From a virus (lineage: Duplodnaviria > Caudoviricetes), in IMG/VR virus record IMGVR_UViG_3300045284_000397, positions 1 through 56,511 of that record: a stretch of 56,511 nucleotides of DNA; one strand, given 5' to 3'. A program made the position numbers and the translations under genes. The notes beneath the pieces were generated by a model, which was not told the DNA's origin, searched no databases, and saw only the letters and a list, made by a program, of their open reading frames with translations. Of this stretch, positions 45,517 to 55,474 are shown in pieces (position 1 is the stretch's first letter; each line of letters opens with the position of its first letter).

Positions 45517-47478
45517 ATGCTCAACGGTTCAAAAGCAATGACCGACGCCCAACTGAACGCGGTTATTCAGCAGTCGGCGCAGGACATTCCCGACATCAGC
45601 AAGGACGGGATATCGGCGATGTGGCTCTACGAGTATCGCCAGGGACCCATCCTGCCGCCCTGGGGCACGCGCCGACGCGAGCAGGTGCTGCGCATCTACG
45701 ACCGTCAGGAGTACGGCACACTCTGGCAGGGCGCGAAGGCGGGGCTGGTCAAGAAATGGACTTCGACGCCTTGGGAGATCAGCGGCGGGCGCAATCTGTC
45801 CAACTACTTTCAGCGCGTCTGGCGCGCCAGCCAGTTCACGGGGGGTTGGGATAGCTTTCTGACGCGCGTCTGTTCGGATTTTCTGCGCTTCGACGGCGGG
45901 GCGTGGATTGAGGTGATCGCGCCCGGCGATGAGATGCGCGAGCCGACCGGGATGGTGACGGGACTGGCGCACCTGGACAGCTTCTGGTGCTACCCGACGG
46001 GCGACCCGGAGCATCCCGTCCTCTACTGGTCACGTTACGGCAAGCTGCACAAACTGCATCGCAGCCGTGTCATTCATCTGGTCGATATGGAAGACGGCGA
46101 TCAGAACAACCCCGGCTATGGGTTGTGCGCGCTCTCACGGGCGATTGCGGTGGTGGAACGGCAGATGTACCTCAACCGCTACATCGTCAGCAACCTCGAC
46201 GACAAGCCCTCGCCCGGCGTCGTCATTGCCAACAACATCGACAGCAAAGTCCGCGACAACATGATCGCGCGCTACACCGCCGAACAGAACAATGACGCGC
46301 CGCCGCCCTGGGGCAATGTCATGTGGATTTACAACCTTGACCCGGCGAAGAAAGCCGAACTGGAAAACTTTACCTTCTCGCGCCCCCCGGAGAAGTTCGA
46401 TTATCCGGTCTATATGCAGGTCGACGTGGACGACATGGCGCTGGCGATTGGCGTCGATCCGCAGGACTTGCGCCCCCTCAGCAGTAAGGCGCTCGGCAGT
46501 GGGATGCAGAGCGAAGTCCTCGACGAGAAGGGGAAAGGCAATACCTACGCGGCGTTTCTGCGTCTCTTTGAGCGCAAGATGAACGACGTTCTGCCCGAAA
46601 GTCTGGAGTTCGCGTTCAAGACGAGCGACAGCACCAAAGCGCAGAAGGATGCGACCACCGCACAGGTCTGGGTGACGGTTGCGACCGCGCTCGCGCCGAT
46701 GGTGGGCGCTCAGGTCGCGGCGCAGCTGCTGGCGGATCAAGTCCCGGCGCTCGAAAAGGTGCTGATCGACGACGCGGGCAATCTGGTGCAGTTGGGTGAC
46801 GTGGACGTGCAGCCCGCCGCCGAGGAGAACGCCAAGCCCGTCGGCAAAGAGCCGCCCGCCGCTGCTGCTGGCACAGGCAAGCCAACGACACAGGAGACGA
46901 CGGCGACGGACAGCACGCCGAATGCGCGAAAAGATTTTGCCGATACCGAAGCCAGTTTTGAGACAGACTTGGTTGACCTCATTCATGCCGGATTAGACGG
47001 GGACGTAAATCGTCGGCGGGCTGGCGTGGTGATGAGAGGCATTCTGAATTCGTACGGCAAGCGTGCGCGCTTAGACGGTCTTGTCGAAAATGGCGTTACA
47101 ACCGGATTGTCTGATGCGGACTTATCGGCACATACAATCTGGCTTGCCGAGCAGTCGAAATTCGTCTCAGAGTTTCTCACATCTTCGTACAAATCAGGAT
47201 TAACCGACGCACAAATCGAACAGCATGTGAAAATGTGGGGGAATGTCAGCCTCACCAAAGCGTATTACGAAGGCGCTGAAAGCGCCAACGCCAACGCCGT
47301 TTATCAATTCGTAGGAGATGACGGCGCTGAATCTTGTGAAACGTGCCAGTCACTCAAAAACAAGACCATGAGAATGTCCGAGTGGGCGGCTCAAAAACTC
47401 CGTCCCGGTGTAGACCTGGAAAGCTATGCCTGTAAGGGATTTTCATGTGCTCACCGCCTTGAGCGTGTGAATGCTTAG
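45517..47478 (+). CDS. Portal protein with fused C-terminal MuF-like domain
   Basis: Follows terL; 'GYGLCAL' and 'ALAIGVDP.DL'; linker, then 'SCETC...C.G..C.HRL'. Confidence 0.8.
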   Translation: MLNGSKAMTDAQLNAVIQQSAQDIPDISKDGISAMWLYEYRQGPILPPWGTRRREQVLRIYDRQEYGTLWQGAKAGLVKKWTSTPWEISGGRNLSNYFQRVWRASQFTGGWDSFLTRVCSDFLRFDGGAWIEVIAPGDEMREPTGMVTGLAHLDSFWCYPTGDPEHPVLYWSRYGKLHKLHRSRVIHLVDMEDGDQNNPGYGLCALSRAIAVVERQMYLNRYIVSNLDDKPSPGVVIANNIDSKVRDNMIARYTAEQNNDAPPPWGNVMWIYNLDPAKKAELENFTFSRPPEKFDYPVYMQVDVDDMALAIGVDPQDLRPLSSKALGSGMQSEVLDEKGKGNTYAAFLRLFERKMNDVLPESLEFAFKTSDSTKAQKDATTAQVWVTVATALAPMVGAQVAAQLLADQVPALEKVLIDDAGNLVQLGDVDVQPAAEENAKPVGKEPPAAAAGTGKPTTQETTATDSTPNARKDFADTEASFETDLVDLIHAGLDGDVNRRRAGVVMRGILNSYGKRARLDGLVENGVTTGLSDADLSAHTIWLAEQSKFVSEFLTSSYKSGLTDAQIEQHVKMWGNVSLTKAYYEGAESANANAVYQFVGDDGAESCETCQSLKNKTMRMSEWAAQKLRPGVDLESYACKGFSCAHRLERVNA

Positions 47479-47533
47479 AGCAGCGGTTGAGAACAGGCAA
47501 TACCCCCACAATTGAGAGAAGAAGTCACATCCG

Positions 47534-47561
47534 AACCCGCCTCCCAAGCGGGTTTTTGTTT
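47534..47561 (+). terminator. Intrinsic terminator-like hairpin
   Basis: aacccgc-ctcccaa-gcgggtt followed by tttgttt. Confidence 0.65.
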
Positions 47562-47578
47562 GCCCAGAGGAGGCGCGT

Positions 47579-49039
47579 ATGCCGTATCGGATTGAAAAGC
47601 AGGGGAGCAAATATTGTGTCGTGAAGCAGGACGGCGGCGCAAGCATGGGCTGCTCCGATAGCGAAGATGAGGCGAAGAAACACATGAGCGCGCTTTATGC
47701 CAATGAAAACAAAGCCATGACGATCAACGAACGCCTCGAAGCGAAGGCGCTATCGCAGCCCGTCGCCAATATGCAACCTGATCCGCCCGTGCCTGGCTGC
47801 GTGGGTGAAACGTCCGCGCGCTACGAAGCCGCCGGAATGCCGCCCGCGCTCGCCCTCTCCCGCGCCGAACAGGATTGTGTCGAGGCGGCGGAGACGGGTA
47901 TCGAAGCCGACGCGCCGGAAGTGAAGGCGCTGGTCAACGGCTGCTACGAGAAGGCGCTGGTCAAATATCGGCAGACGGGGATCAGCGAAGCCGACGCCGA
48001 GAGCAAGGCGAAAGCCGAGTGCAGCGACAGCACGCCGCCTGTGGGGTATGACAAAGCGCATTCGCCGGACGTGGCTGGGAAGGCGCTGTTTGACCGCATC
48101 TGGGAGCGTATTCAGGCGCGTCTCGGCACGAAAGACGATTTGCAGACCAGTTTCAAAGTTACTTCCGACGGACATTTCCTTGCCGTTTGGAGTAATGACT
48201 TCGCCGATAGAGACAAAGAGATTTTCACCCGCAAGGCGATTGACGATTACGTCGCGCGTGTCGATATGGGCGTCGTGCCCAAGCCGGAACTGTGGGTCTG
48301 GCACGTGCCGGGCACGCGCATCGGACAGGCGGATTTCGTGGCGCGGCAGGGGCATTTCCTGATCGCGGGTGGCACATTCGACGACACGGAAGCGGCACAG
48401 CAGGCGAAGGCGTTCTACGCGAAGAACGCGGATAAGACGGCGGACTCGCACGGCTTTGCCTATGAAGCCAGCACGTTCGATGGCAAGCATTACCATCGGT
48501 TCAATTCGTTCGAAATTAGTCTCTTGCCGCGAGGCGTTGAGGCGAATTTGTTCACCTCGTTAGAGGGAGTAAAAGCAATGGCAGTCGATGAACGCAAGAA
48601 GAAGTACCTCGACAAGGTGTTCGGCGCGGACGTGGCAGATCACATCCTCGCCAACCTCGACGAGCGCGGCAAAGCCCTCGAAGAACTCGACGTGGAGTTC
48701 AAGGACTTTGTAGAGACGAGTGAAAGCACCGACGAGAAAGCGGCAGACGAAGCGCAGACGACCGCCTTCAAGGACTTGCTGCCGGATGTGATTGAGGGCA
48801 GCGCGGAAGCGGTCAAAGCCGCGCTGGAAGCGGTCAAAGCCGTCAATGGGCTGAAAGCCGACGTTGCCGAGATGCGCCAGAAACTGGCGATGCGTCCGCG
48901 CGGAAGCCAGTCAGACCGAACGCTCGTCACCGAACAGGAGGCGAAAGACCTGGGCGTCAATACCGAGGAAACCTACTTTGACCCGGTGCTCAAACTGCAA
49001 TTAAAGCGCAACATTTTCGCTCAGGAAGGAGGGTCTTAA
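47579..49039 (+). CDS. Prohead protease / scaffold
   Basis: Between portal and capsid; 'DRDKEIF', 'WH', 'SHGF', 'EIS.LP..AN..T'; helical C-terminus. Confidence 0.75.
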   Translation: MPYRIEKQGSKYCVVKQDGGASMGCSDSEDEAKKHMSALYANENKAMTINERLEAKALSQPVANMQPDPPVPGCVGETSARYEAAGMPPALALSRAEQDCVEAAETGIEADAPEVKALVNGCYEKALVKYRQTGISEADAESKAKAECSDSTPPVGYDKAHSPDVAGKALFDRIWERIQARLGTKDDLQTSFKVTSDGHFLAVWSNDFADRDKEIFTRKAIDDYVARVDMGVVPKPELWVWHVPGTRIGQADFVARQGHFLIAGGTFDDTEAAQQAKAFYAKNADKTADSHGFAYEASTFDGKHYHRFNSFEISLLPRGVEANLFTSLEGVKAMAVDERKKKYLDKVFGADVADHILANLDERGKALEELDVEFKDFVETSESTDEKAADEAQTTAFKDLLPDVIEGSAEAVKAALEAVKAVNGLKADVAEMRQKLAMRPRGSQSDRTLVTEQEAKDLGVNTEETYFDPVLKLQLKRNIFAQEGGS

Positions 49040-49041
49040 CC

Positions 49042-50520
49042 ATGCCGAACAACACCATTCAACTCGGCACTAAAACGTACACGATGGACGAACTGAAGGT
49101 GCTGGAAAAGGCGGGTATGATCAGCCTCGGCGCGAAGAACAACCCGGCGTCGACGACGCTCGACGCGCCCGCGCTTCAGGGGCCGTTTCAGGGCAACAGC
49201 TCGCAGTTCGGGCTTTTCTCCGCCCCCGGCGTGCGTCCGCAGCGTTTCTCGGCGCTGGAACGCCCCTTCTCGTTTATGAACCTGCTCTCCATGACCAAGA
49301 GCGCCTACGCCAATGACATCCTCGAAATCATGACCGGGCAGACCGCCTCGTCAGGCACGAACGCGACGGGTTTCTGCGGCGATCCGCCCACCGTCGGACA
49401 GCTCAAGACGTGCGCTCAGGTCTTCGGCTGGGGCAGCTACTACATCAAAACCAACCTCGAAGCGGCTGGACTGATCGGGCAGTTGCGCAATCGCGCCGAC
49501 GTGCCCGCGCAAATCCTCAACGCTGGCCCCAACTACAACCCGCTCATCCCGGAACTGATGTATCAACTCGCCGACACCCGCGACCCGATGCAGACGGAGT
49601 TTTTCCGCATCGGCGTGGACTTAGAGCGCACGATGGAACTGAACGGCGTGCTGGGTCAGGCGGGCGTGGCAGCCAGCACGATCAACGGTCTGCCCAACAC
49701 GGGCTGGATCACCCAGTTCTCAGGCATTGACCAGCAGGTGAAAACAGGCTACCGGGATCAGCTTGCCGCCGGGACGCCGCTCTGCGCCGCCGCCGACAGC
49801 GCGGTCGTCTCGTTCAACGCCCTGATCACCGGCAACGGCGCGCAGGGCGTGGATGTCGTCAAGGCGCTCACGTCGCTCTATCGCGGCTTGAAGCTGCGCG
49901 CCTCGCGCGTCGGCATGGCGAACGTCCGGCTCGTGATCGTCATGCGCCAGGAACTGTTCCAGCCGCTGACGGAAGTCTGGGCGTGCAACTACTCGACGTA
50001 TGCCTGCGCGGGCAGCACCAGCGCGCCGAACATGCGCGACGGGATGCGCATCCAGGAACTGCGCACGGAGATGTACGCCAACCAGTACCTCTTAATCGAC
50101 GGTGTGCAAGTGCCGGTTGCCTTCAGCGACGGCATCGCGCTCGACGCGACCGCCAACCAGACCTATAACAGCGACGTGTACATTCTGCCCGTCGAATGGG
50201 AAGGGATGCCGCTGCTGCGCATGGAATACTACGACATGGCGAACGGCTATACCGAACGCTGGTCGAACGCCATCATGCAGCAGACGCGCGTCATCAACAA
50301 CGGCATGTACCTGATGGGCGTGAGAAGCACGGGACTATGCTTCGAGTATCATCTCCAAGCCCGCTTCCGATTGATCCTCGAAACGCCTTTTCTGAGTGGT
50401 CGCTTGAATGACCTTCAGGCTCAGTACATCGACCCGGCGCTGATGCCTTATCCATCGACCAGCCTCTATGTTAATGGGGGTATTACTTATCGCGGAGCTT
50501 TGACGGCAGCGAACATCTAG
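49042..50520 (+). CDS. Major capsid protein
   Basis: 492 aa after the protease; strong RBS; strongly biased codon usage; 'FSGID.Q' and 'SDVYILP'. Confidence 0.8.
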   Translation: MPNNTIQLGTKTYTMDELKVLEKAGMISLGAKNNPASTTLDAPALQGPFQGNSSQFGLFSAPGVRPQRFSALERPFSFMNLLSMTKSAYANDILEIMTGQTASSGTNATGFCGDPPTVGQLKTCAQVFGWGSYYIKTNLEAAGLIGQLRNRADVPAQILNAGPNYNPLIPELMYQLADTRDPMQTEFFRIGVDLERTMELNGVLGQAGVAASTINGLPNTGWITQFSGIDQQVKTGYRDQLAAGTPLCAAADSAVVSFNALITGNGAQGVDVVKALTSLYRGLKLRASRVGMANVRLVIVMRQELFQPLTEVWACNYSTYACAGSTSAPNMRDGMRIQELRTEMYANQYLLIDGVQVPVAFSDGIALDATANQTYNSDVYILPVEWEGMPLLRMEYYDMANGYTERWSNAIMQQTRVINNGMYLMGVRSTGLCFEYHLQARFRLILETPFLSGRLNDLQAQYIDPALMPYPSTSLYVNGGITYRGALTAANI

Positions 50521-50528
50521 TCTCGTTC

Positions 50529-50621
50529 TGTGGTATAATAACGGTAGCCACGAGTGCAGAAACACTCGTGGCTACCTCATCAGCACTTTCGTGGAGTGCC
50601 AACTATGTCTAATGATACCAT
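50529..50621 (+). promoter_or_regulatory. Structured leader of the interrupted HNH gene
   Basis: TGGTATAAT extended -10; perfect 14-bp stem 50543-50576; RBS hairpin gcacttt-cgt-ggagtgc; TGGTAT is complementary to ATACCA (50615-20). Confidence 0.65.
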
Positions 50622-50835
50622 CTCTCAGAAGATATGCACCGTCTGCCGTGCTTCCTATCCAGCGACACTCGAATATTTCCCGCCGCGCAAGAAACGCAAA
50701 AGCGGACTAGATGCTCGTTGTCGAGAGTGTAAAAAGCAGCGTCGCCGCGAACTCAATGGATGGGTTCATACGCGCAAAGTACGTCCATCAGAACCGGATG
50801 GAATGCGCTGGTGTTCACGATGTGAGCAATTCTTT
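50605..50835 (+). pseudogene. HNH endonuclease, 5' fragment
   Basis: Zn module CTVC..PATLEYF..CREC. A second module 'WCSRCEQFF' breaks off at the IS end. Confidence 0.75.
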
Positions 50836-50978
50836 GGGGATTATATCGTTGGTACAACCATGTAGGGATTATGATAGTGCCATGCTAACTAGTTGTAAAA
50901 TTGACACAACTGTGCAAAAATAGGGATTCGCTGTATTTTTCGGCAAAAAGACGAGACGTATATGCCGGGAGTATATGC

Positions 50979-51140
50979 ATGAGTGAGAAACGCACAAACG
51001 AAAAGAAACCTAGAGAGAAGCCAATTTCTCTCTATCCGCTGTCGTTGGATGAGGCGCTGACCGAGTTATTGAAATCGCCGCCGATGCCCAAAGACGACAA
51101 GAAACAGCCGACGAAGAAAGAGCGAACTTCACACGATTGA
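50979..51140 (+). CDS. Small basic protein near the IS end
   Basis: GGGAG RBS; 'KPISLYPLSLDEALTELLKSPP'. Confidence 0.55.
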   Translation: MSEKRTNEKKPREKPISLYPLSLDEALTELLKSPPMPKDDKKQPTKKERTSHD

Positions 51141-51205
51141 TGAGGGCTATGTTGTTGGCGCAAGCAGCCTAACTCACAACGTCTACGTTGTGACCGACAT
51201 AGAGC

Positions 51206-51556
51206 CTAACGCACCGACTTCAGAAGGTCGTTGCACGGCGGCTTGTAGTTCATGCAGAGATCGGCTTCAATGCTCAGGCGCATAAGCTCGCTGTCCACGC
51301 GAAGGACACATACGCGATTCGCACCTTGCGCTTTGATGCACTCCCATTTGTGGTGGTTGGACAGGCGAGTTCCAAGCTCTCCTGTTTGCCCAATATAGAC
51401 CGCGCTGTGTACGGGTTGTCCCCAAAAATCTGAGGTAGTTCGGATAAACCCGTACACAGCGCCCACGTTGTTAAATGCGGTATACAGAGGATACACCACG
51501 AAGGTGTATCTCTTGCCGGATGTGCCAGCGAACACCAGACTTGCGGTTTGTACCAT
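51206..51556 (-). CDS. Stand-alone GIY-YIG-superfamily nuclease
   Basis: 'GAVY', 'YIGQT', 'RL..H' and 'IE..L...YKP.CN'; AAGGA RBS. Confidence 0.75.
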   Translation of the reverse strand: MVQTASLVFAGTSGKRYTFVVYPLYTAFNNVGAVYGFIRTTSDFWGQPVHSAVYIGQTGELGTRLSNHHKWECIKAQGANRVCVLRVDSELMRLSIEADLCMNYKPPCNDLLKSVR

Positions 51557-51774
51557 GTCGTTGTCCTTATGGTTTCGGCTTGAGCGATGATCTGAGTAAT
51601 GCTACTGCTCACGCCAACAACAAAGACCTCATCAGATGCCTATTCAGTTGTTAAGGTGCATTTAGTTACTTCTAGTTCGTGTGGACAGTCGTCGTGACAT
51701 TCATCAGGCAACCGTTCTGACTCTACTACAGGTTTCTTATAAATGCCATCACTATTTCACGCTCAGAATTGCCT

Positions 51775-51803
51775 TTTGCGTTGCCGTAATAAGGTGCTAT
51801 AAT
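51775..51803 (+). promoter_or_regulatory. Promoter of the Fic gene
   Basis: Extended -10 TGCTATAAT with a TTGCG-like -35. Confidence 0.6.
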
Positions 51804-51847
51804 GTGTGATCCGATAGCACGTTATTTAGCGGACACACTGGAGGACA

Positions 51848-53068
51848 ATGAGCGTGGATACTAAACGGGAATATATGGATCGGCATTCTCATATTAATTT
51901 TCAGTTTGACATCAATTGTTTACCCGCTCGTGTATGGCAGTTGCTAGGTCAGATTGAGGCAAAATGCGATCAGATTTCTGGAATTCCTCTTTCTCCAAAG
52001 ATAGCTGACCGAATGTATTTGGTGTACCTGGCGAAAGGCGCACAGGCAACCGTAGCAATTGAGGGCAATACACTGACTGAAGCAGAAGTGCAACAACTTG
52101 TTCCTGAAGGGGGGACACTCGATTTACCACCTTCATTGGAATACCTTGAAAAAGAGGCGAAGAACATTATCAATGCTTGCAACATTGTCAAAGATTATGT
52201 TCTCGAAAAAAAGGACAACAATTCAGTCGCGCTCACGGTTGAAGAAATACAAAAACTCCATGAGATGGTTCTTTCAGATTTACCTCTAAGACAAGACGTT
52301 GAACGTGGAGAATTTCGCACGTACCCCGCTGGTGTGGGGTCATATGCTGGCGCTCCTGCTCAAGACATACCATATTTGACAAATCTTCTCTGCAAGTGGA
52401 TGAATAGAAACCTCCAAGTACCGGAAAACAGTCGAATTCCTATTGGGATTGTAAAAGCAATTCTGGCTCATCTTTACATCGAATGGATACACCCATTTGG
52501 TGATGGAAATGGGCGAACTGGGCGAATGCTTGAGTTTAGACTTCTCCTAGCAGCGGGACTGCCGACTGTTGCCGCCCACCTGCTTACGAACCATTATAAT
52601 ATGACCCGAAGCGAGTATTATCGACATCTGGATATGAGTTCAAAATTGCAAGATGATGCAGGTGTATACCTATTCCTTGAGTATGCGCTTCAGGGTTTTA
52701 GGGATCAACTGAACCGTCAAATCGCTTATGTAGAAGAACAACAGTTGAAAATGAGTTGGCAAAGCTATGTCAATGAAGTTTTTGGCGAATATCCAACAGA
52801 GCGAGAGATTCGGCAAAAGCAATTACTATTCGATTTGTCGGAGCATGACAAGCCCGTTCCGTTAAACAACCTACGGCATGTGTCACCCCGTGTTGCTGAA
52901 GCGTATGCAACACTAGCGGACAAGACTTTCCGCCGCGATGTGAGGGACTTAGGTCATATGGATTTGCTCAAGCTAAAGGATGACGGCATTGTGGCGAACC
53001 GTGATTTGATGAGAGCATTTTTACCCCAACGACGTGAAGTGAATCAATTGACTGACATAACTGAGTAA
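51848..53068 (+). CDS. Fic-domain protein with C-terminal HTH
   Basis: Canonical HPFGDGNGRTGR motif; N-terminal inhibitory motif TVAIEGN (class II). Confidence 0.92.
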   Translation: MSVDTKREYMDRHSHINFQFDINCLPARVWQLLGQIEAKCDQISGIPLSPKIADRMYLVYLAKGAQATVAIEGNTLTEAEVQQLVPEGGTLDLPPSLEYLEKEAKNIINACNIVKDYVLEKKDNNSVALTVEEIQKLHEMVLSDLPLRQDVERGEFRTYPAGVGSYAGAPAQDIPYLTNLLCKWMNRNLQVPENSRIPIGIVKAILAHLYIEWIHPFGDGNGRTGRMLEFRLLLAAGLPTVAAHLLTNHYNMTRSEYYRHLDMSSKLQDDAGVYLFLEYALQGFRDQLNRQIAYVEEQQLKMSWQSYVNEVFGEYPTEREIRQKQLLFDLSEHDKPVPLNNLRHVSPRVAEAYATLADKTFRRDVRDLGHMDLLKLKDDGIVANRDLMRAFLPQRREVNQLTDITE

Positions 53069-53083
53069 AACCCCACCAATAAG

Positions 53084-53107
53084 AAAGCCCGCAACTGCGG
53101 GCTTTTT
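53084..53107. terminator. Bidirectional terminator
   Basis: aaagcccgca-ac-tgcgggcttttt between the convergent Fic and transposase genes. Confidence 0.75.
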
Positions 53108-53125
53108 CATAGGCAACGTCCCTAC

Positions 53126-53482
53126 TTATTTAGCGATCAGCGTCTTGTACATCAATCGTTTCCCGCCGACAACCCTAATCGCCGCAACCGTGCGCTCGTA
53201 GTCAGTCGTCTTACGATGTGACCACCTGAATGCGAATTCTTGGGCGTAACGGTCTAGGTGTTTCGCGCTTACGTGGTGGAACGTCCCGATCACCCCGCGC
53301 TTGAGCAGCGAGAACCAACTTTCAGCCGTGTTGATATGCGTCAGACCACGAGCGTATTCCTTCGCCCTGTGGTCTACTGTCTCATGACCTGCGTATTGAC
53401 CGTCCAAATTGCGGTATACGGTGCTACTATCCGTGTTGACGATTGAACTGTCATTCACATTCTGGTAAATGAATTCCTTCAT
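53126..53482 (-). pseudogene. IS1595-family DDE transposase, C-terminal fragment
   Basis: 'VNTD...Y..L....HETVDH...Y.RG..HINTAE..FSLLKR...G.FHHVS.KHL.RY..EF.FR'. The Zn ribbon and first Asp are missing. Confidence 0.9.
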
Positions 53483-53484
53483 CC

Positions 53485-53967
53485 CTAAAGGGCGGGTTGA
53501 GTTCAGCTTGTAAGCCTTGTGCGACCCAATACACACGCGAACATGAACACAAAGACCCGGAGCGAACCGCACGCGAGAAACGTGAATGGCGCAAAGCCAA
53601 TCCCGATAAGGTTAAAAAGCATAAAGCCAATTCTCAGAAGCGACATCCTGAATCCAGTTCGCGTCGAGCGAAACGCTACAGCCAACGGCATCCTGATCGC
53701 ATCTTAGCCAATGTTCATCGGCGGCGGGCGCACAGGCTTGGCAATGGTGGGCGATATACGCAAGCGGACATTGATCTCCAATTACGTTCACAAAAGGGTT
53801 TATGTTGGTGGTGTGGGCACACGCTCGATAAATATCATATCGATCATCGCATCCCCCTGTCTCGCGGGGGTAGCAATGCGCCTGAGAATATCGTGATCAG
53901 TTGCCCAATGTGTAACATGTCAAGAAACAACAAATTGCCCTCCGAATGGTCTAATCGCCTGTTATGA
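53485..53967 (+). pseudogene. HNH endonuclease, 3' fragment
   Basis: Resumes with 'KGGLSSACKPC'; intact 'CWWC..HIDHRIPLSRGGSN..ENIVISC..CN'. Confidence 0.8.
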
Positions 53968-54968
53968 AACGACCTGCGACGTTCATCGTAGCCTGTGCGC
54001 CCTATCACGATAAGATTGTTGAGCGCGCCGTTGAGAGTGTGCGTTGCCAGACCATCCCTTCCGAGTGTATCGTCGTGTACGACCGAGACAAGCGTGGCGC
54101 GGGCTGGGCGCGCAACCGAGCGATTGAGCAGGTCAAGACGGATTTCATCATTCCGCTCGATGCCGATGACTTCGTTGAGCCGGATTACGTTGAGGCGACG
54201 CTGGGGGTATACGATGGTCGCAAATACGTGTATACCGACTGGATTGAGGCGGGCGTAGTCGAAGCGCCGGAGTGTGCCTGGATTAACCAGACGTGGCACG
54301 TGATTACCTCACTTCTGCCGACGAGTTGGATTAGGTTCGCGGGTGGATTTGACGAGAGCCTGAGTGGTTCAGAGGACACGGAGCTATTCGTCAAGCTGAC
54401 CCGCTCCGGCTTGTGTGGCAAGCGGTTGGCGCGCGCGCTCTTTCACTACACGGCGGACGGGCAGCGCGGGCGGCAGTTCGTCTACGGCGATACGGACGTG
54501 TTTGGCGGCGGCGTCAGTTACCGCTCGACAATGGACTTGATTACACAGCGTTATGGAGGCTTGGCGATGGGCTGCTGTCAGGATACCGTTTCACAGGACA
54601 ATTTCGGCGTGGGGCAGGCGCAGCCCGGCGACGTGCTGGCGACCATTCTGCGCGAAGGCTCACGCCAGTTTGTCGGCTCAGCGACCGGGCGCGTCTACAA
54701 GCGCAACGGGAACGCGCATCAGTTGTTCATGCATCCGGCGGACATCGACCAGCACCCGGAACTGTTCAGCCGCGTCGTCGAAATGCCGCCGCCCGTCGAT
54801 GAAGCGAAGATGGCGGAATTCCGCGCGCTGGCGGATAAGGTCATGGGCACGAAGCCTGCAATGCAAACCGCGCCCGTGATGGACGTGGCGCTCAGTGACG
54901 GCAACGCGGAGATTGTGCCCGATGTGGCGACCATATTGCGCTTATACGAAAATCGTGCTAGTCTATAG
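53964..54968 (+). CDS. Glycosyltransferase family 2 with extra C-terminal domain
   Basis: 'RAVESV..QT', 'ARNRA', 'PLDADD' and 'GGFDESL..SED'. Confidence 0.85.
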   Translation: MKRPATFIVACAPYHDKIVERAVESVRCQTIPSECIVVYDRDKRGAGWARNRAIEQVKTDFIIPLDADDFVEPDYVEATLGVYDGRKYVYTDWIEAGVVEAPECAWINQTWHVITSLLPTSWIRFAGGFDESLSGSEDTELFVKLTRSGLCGKRLARALFHYTADGQRGRQFVYGDTDVFGGGVSYRSTMDLITQRYGGLAMGCCQDTVSQDNFGVGQAQPGDVLATILREGSRQFVGSATGRVYKRNGNAHQLFMHPADIDQHPELFSRVVEMPPPVDEAKMAEFRALADKVMGTKPAMQTAPVMDVALSDGNAEIVPDVATILRLYENRASL

Positions 54969-55046
54969 AAGCAAGAAGGCGCTCCGCAGGTGCAACTCTG
55001 CCGAACGCCCCTCTGTCAATCAGCCGAGGAGGACTGAAAGCATATG
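54956..55046 (+). promoter_or_regulatory. Structured leader (weaker instance)
   Basis: TGCTAGTCT extended -10-like; hairpin 54978-55009; RBS inside tcagcc-gagga-ggactga. Confidence 0.4.
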
Positions 55047-55238
55047 AAACAGTTTACCGTAATCTTTCGCCCACGTCACGTACCCATTTTCGAGCAAGCC
55101 CTCTTTATCCTGGACGCCGCGTTGGTCTGGGCATTTCTCATTGTCCCATGCCTGCAATTCAAGAATGATGCTGTCTTGTACCTGTGCAGCGTCGGCGCGG
55201 GCTGGCTGGCGGCGTGGTGGATCGGCGGCGCATCATGA
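55044..55238 (+). CDS. Small two-TM membrane protein
   Basis: GAGGAGG RBS; hydrophobic. Confidence 0.55.
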   Translation: MKQFTVIFRPRHVPIFEQALFILDAALVWAFLIVPCLQFKNDAVLYLCSVGAGWLAAWWIGGAS

Positions 55239-55474
55239 GCGACTATCCACTCCTGACACAACTCATCCGCGACAACACACTCCTGAGTCACGAAGTCGCC
55301 GAGACGCGCTCCGCCTACTTCCTCAGCGGGCGGATGCTCACGCCCGACAACAGTGACGATGTAAACCTGCTGCGCGAACTGTCGCGGGCGGACGACGCCG
55401 GGCTGCTGATCTGGGACGAAGTGGATCGCGTGGGCGCAAACTACAAGGCGCTGCTGTTGGGGATGCGGGAATGA
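55235..55474 (+). CDS. Hypothetical protein
   Basis: ATGA-coupled start (MSDYPLL...). Confidence 0.5.
   Translation: MSDYPLLTQLIRDNTLLSHEVAETRSAYFLSGRMLTPDNSDDVNLLRELSRADDAGLLIWDEVDRVGANYKALLLGMRE

Larger units (their letters stand above)
50836..53484 (-). mobile_element. Truncated IS1595-family element (ISNwi1-group-like end) with passenger genes
   Basis: Starts GGGGATTATATC, matching the ggnnatTAT end consensus; AT-richer block; contains a transposase C-terminal fragment. No second IR was found. Confidence 0.75.

Noticed and set aside
53472-53479. AATTCCTT as the IS target-site duplication of AATTCTTT (50828-50835)
   Set aside because: The match is imperfect, lies inside transposase coding sequence (KEF), and has no adjacent inverted repeat.
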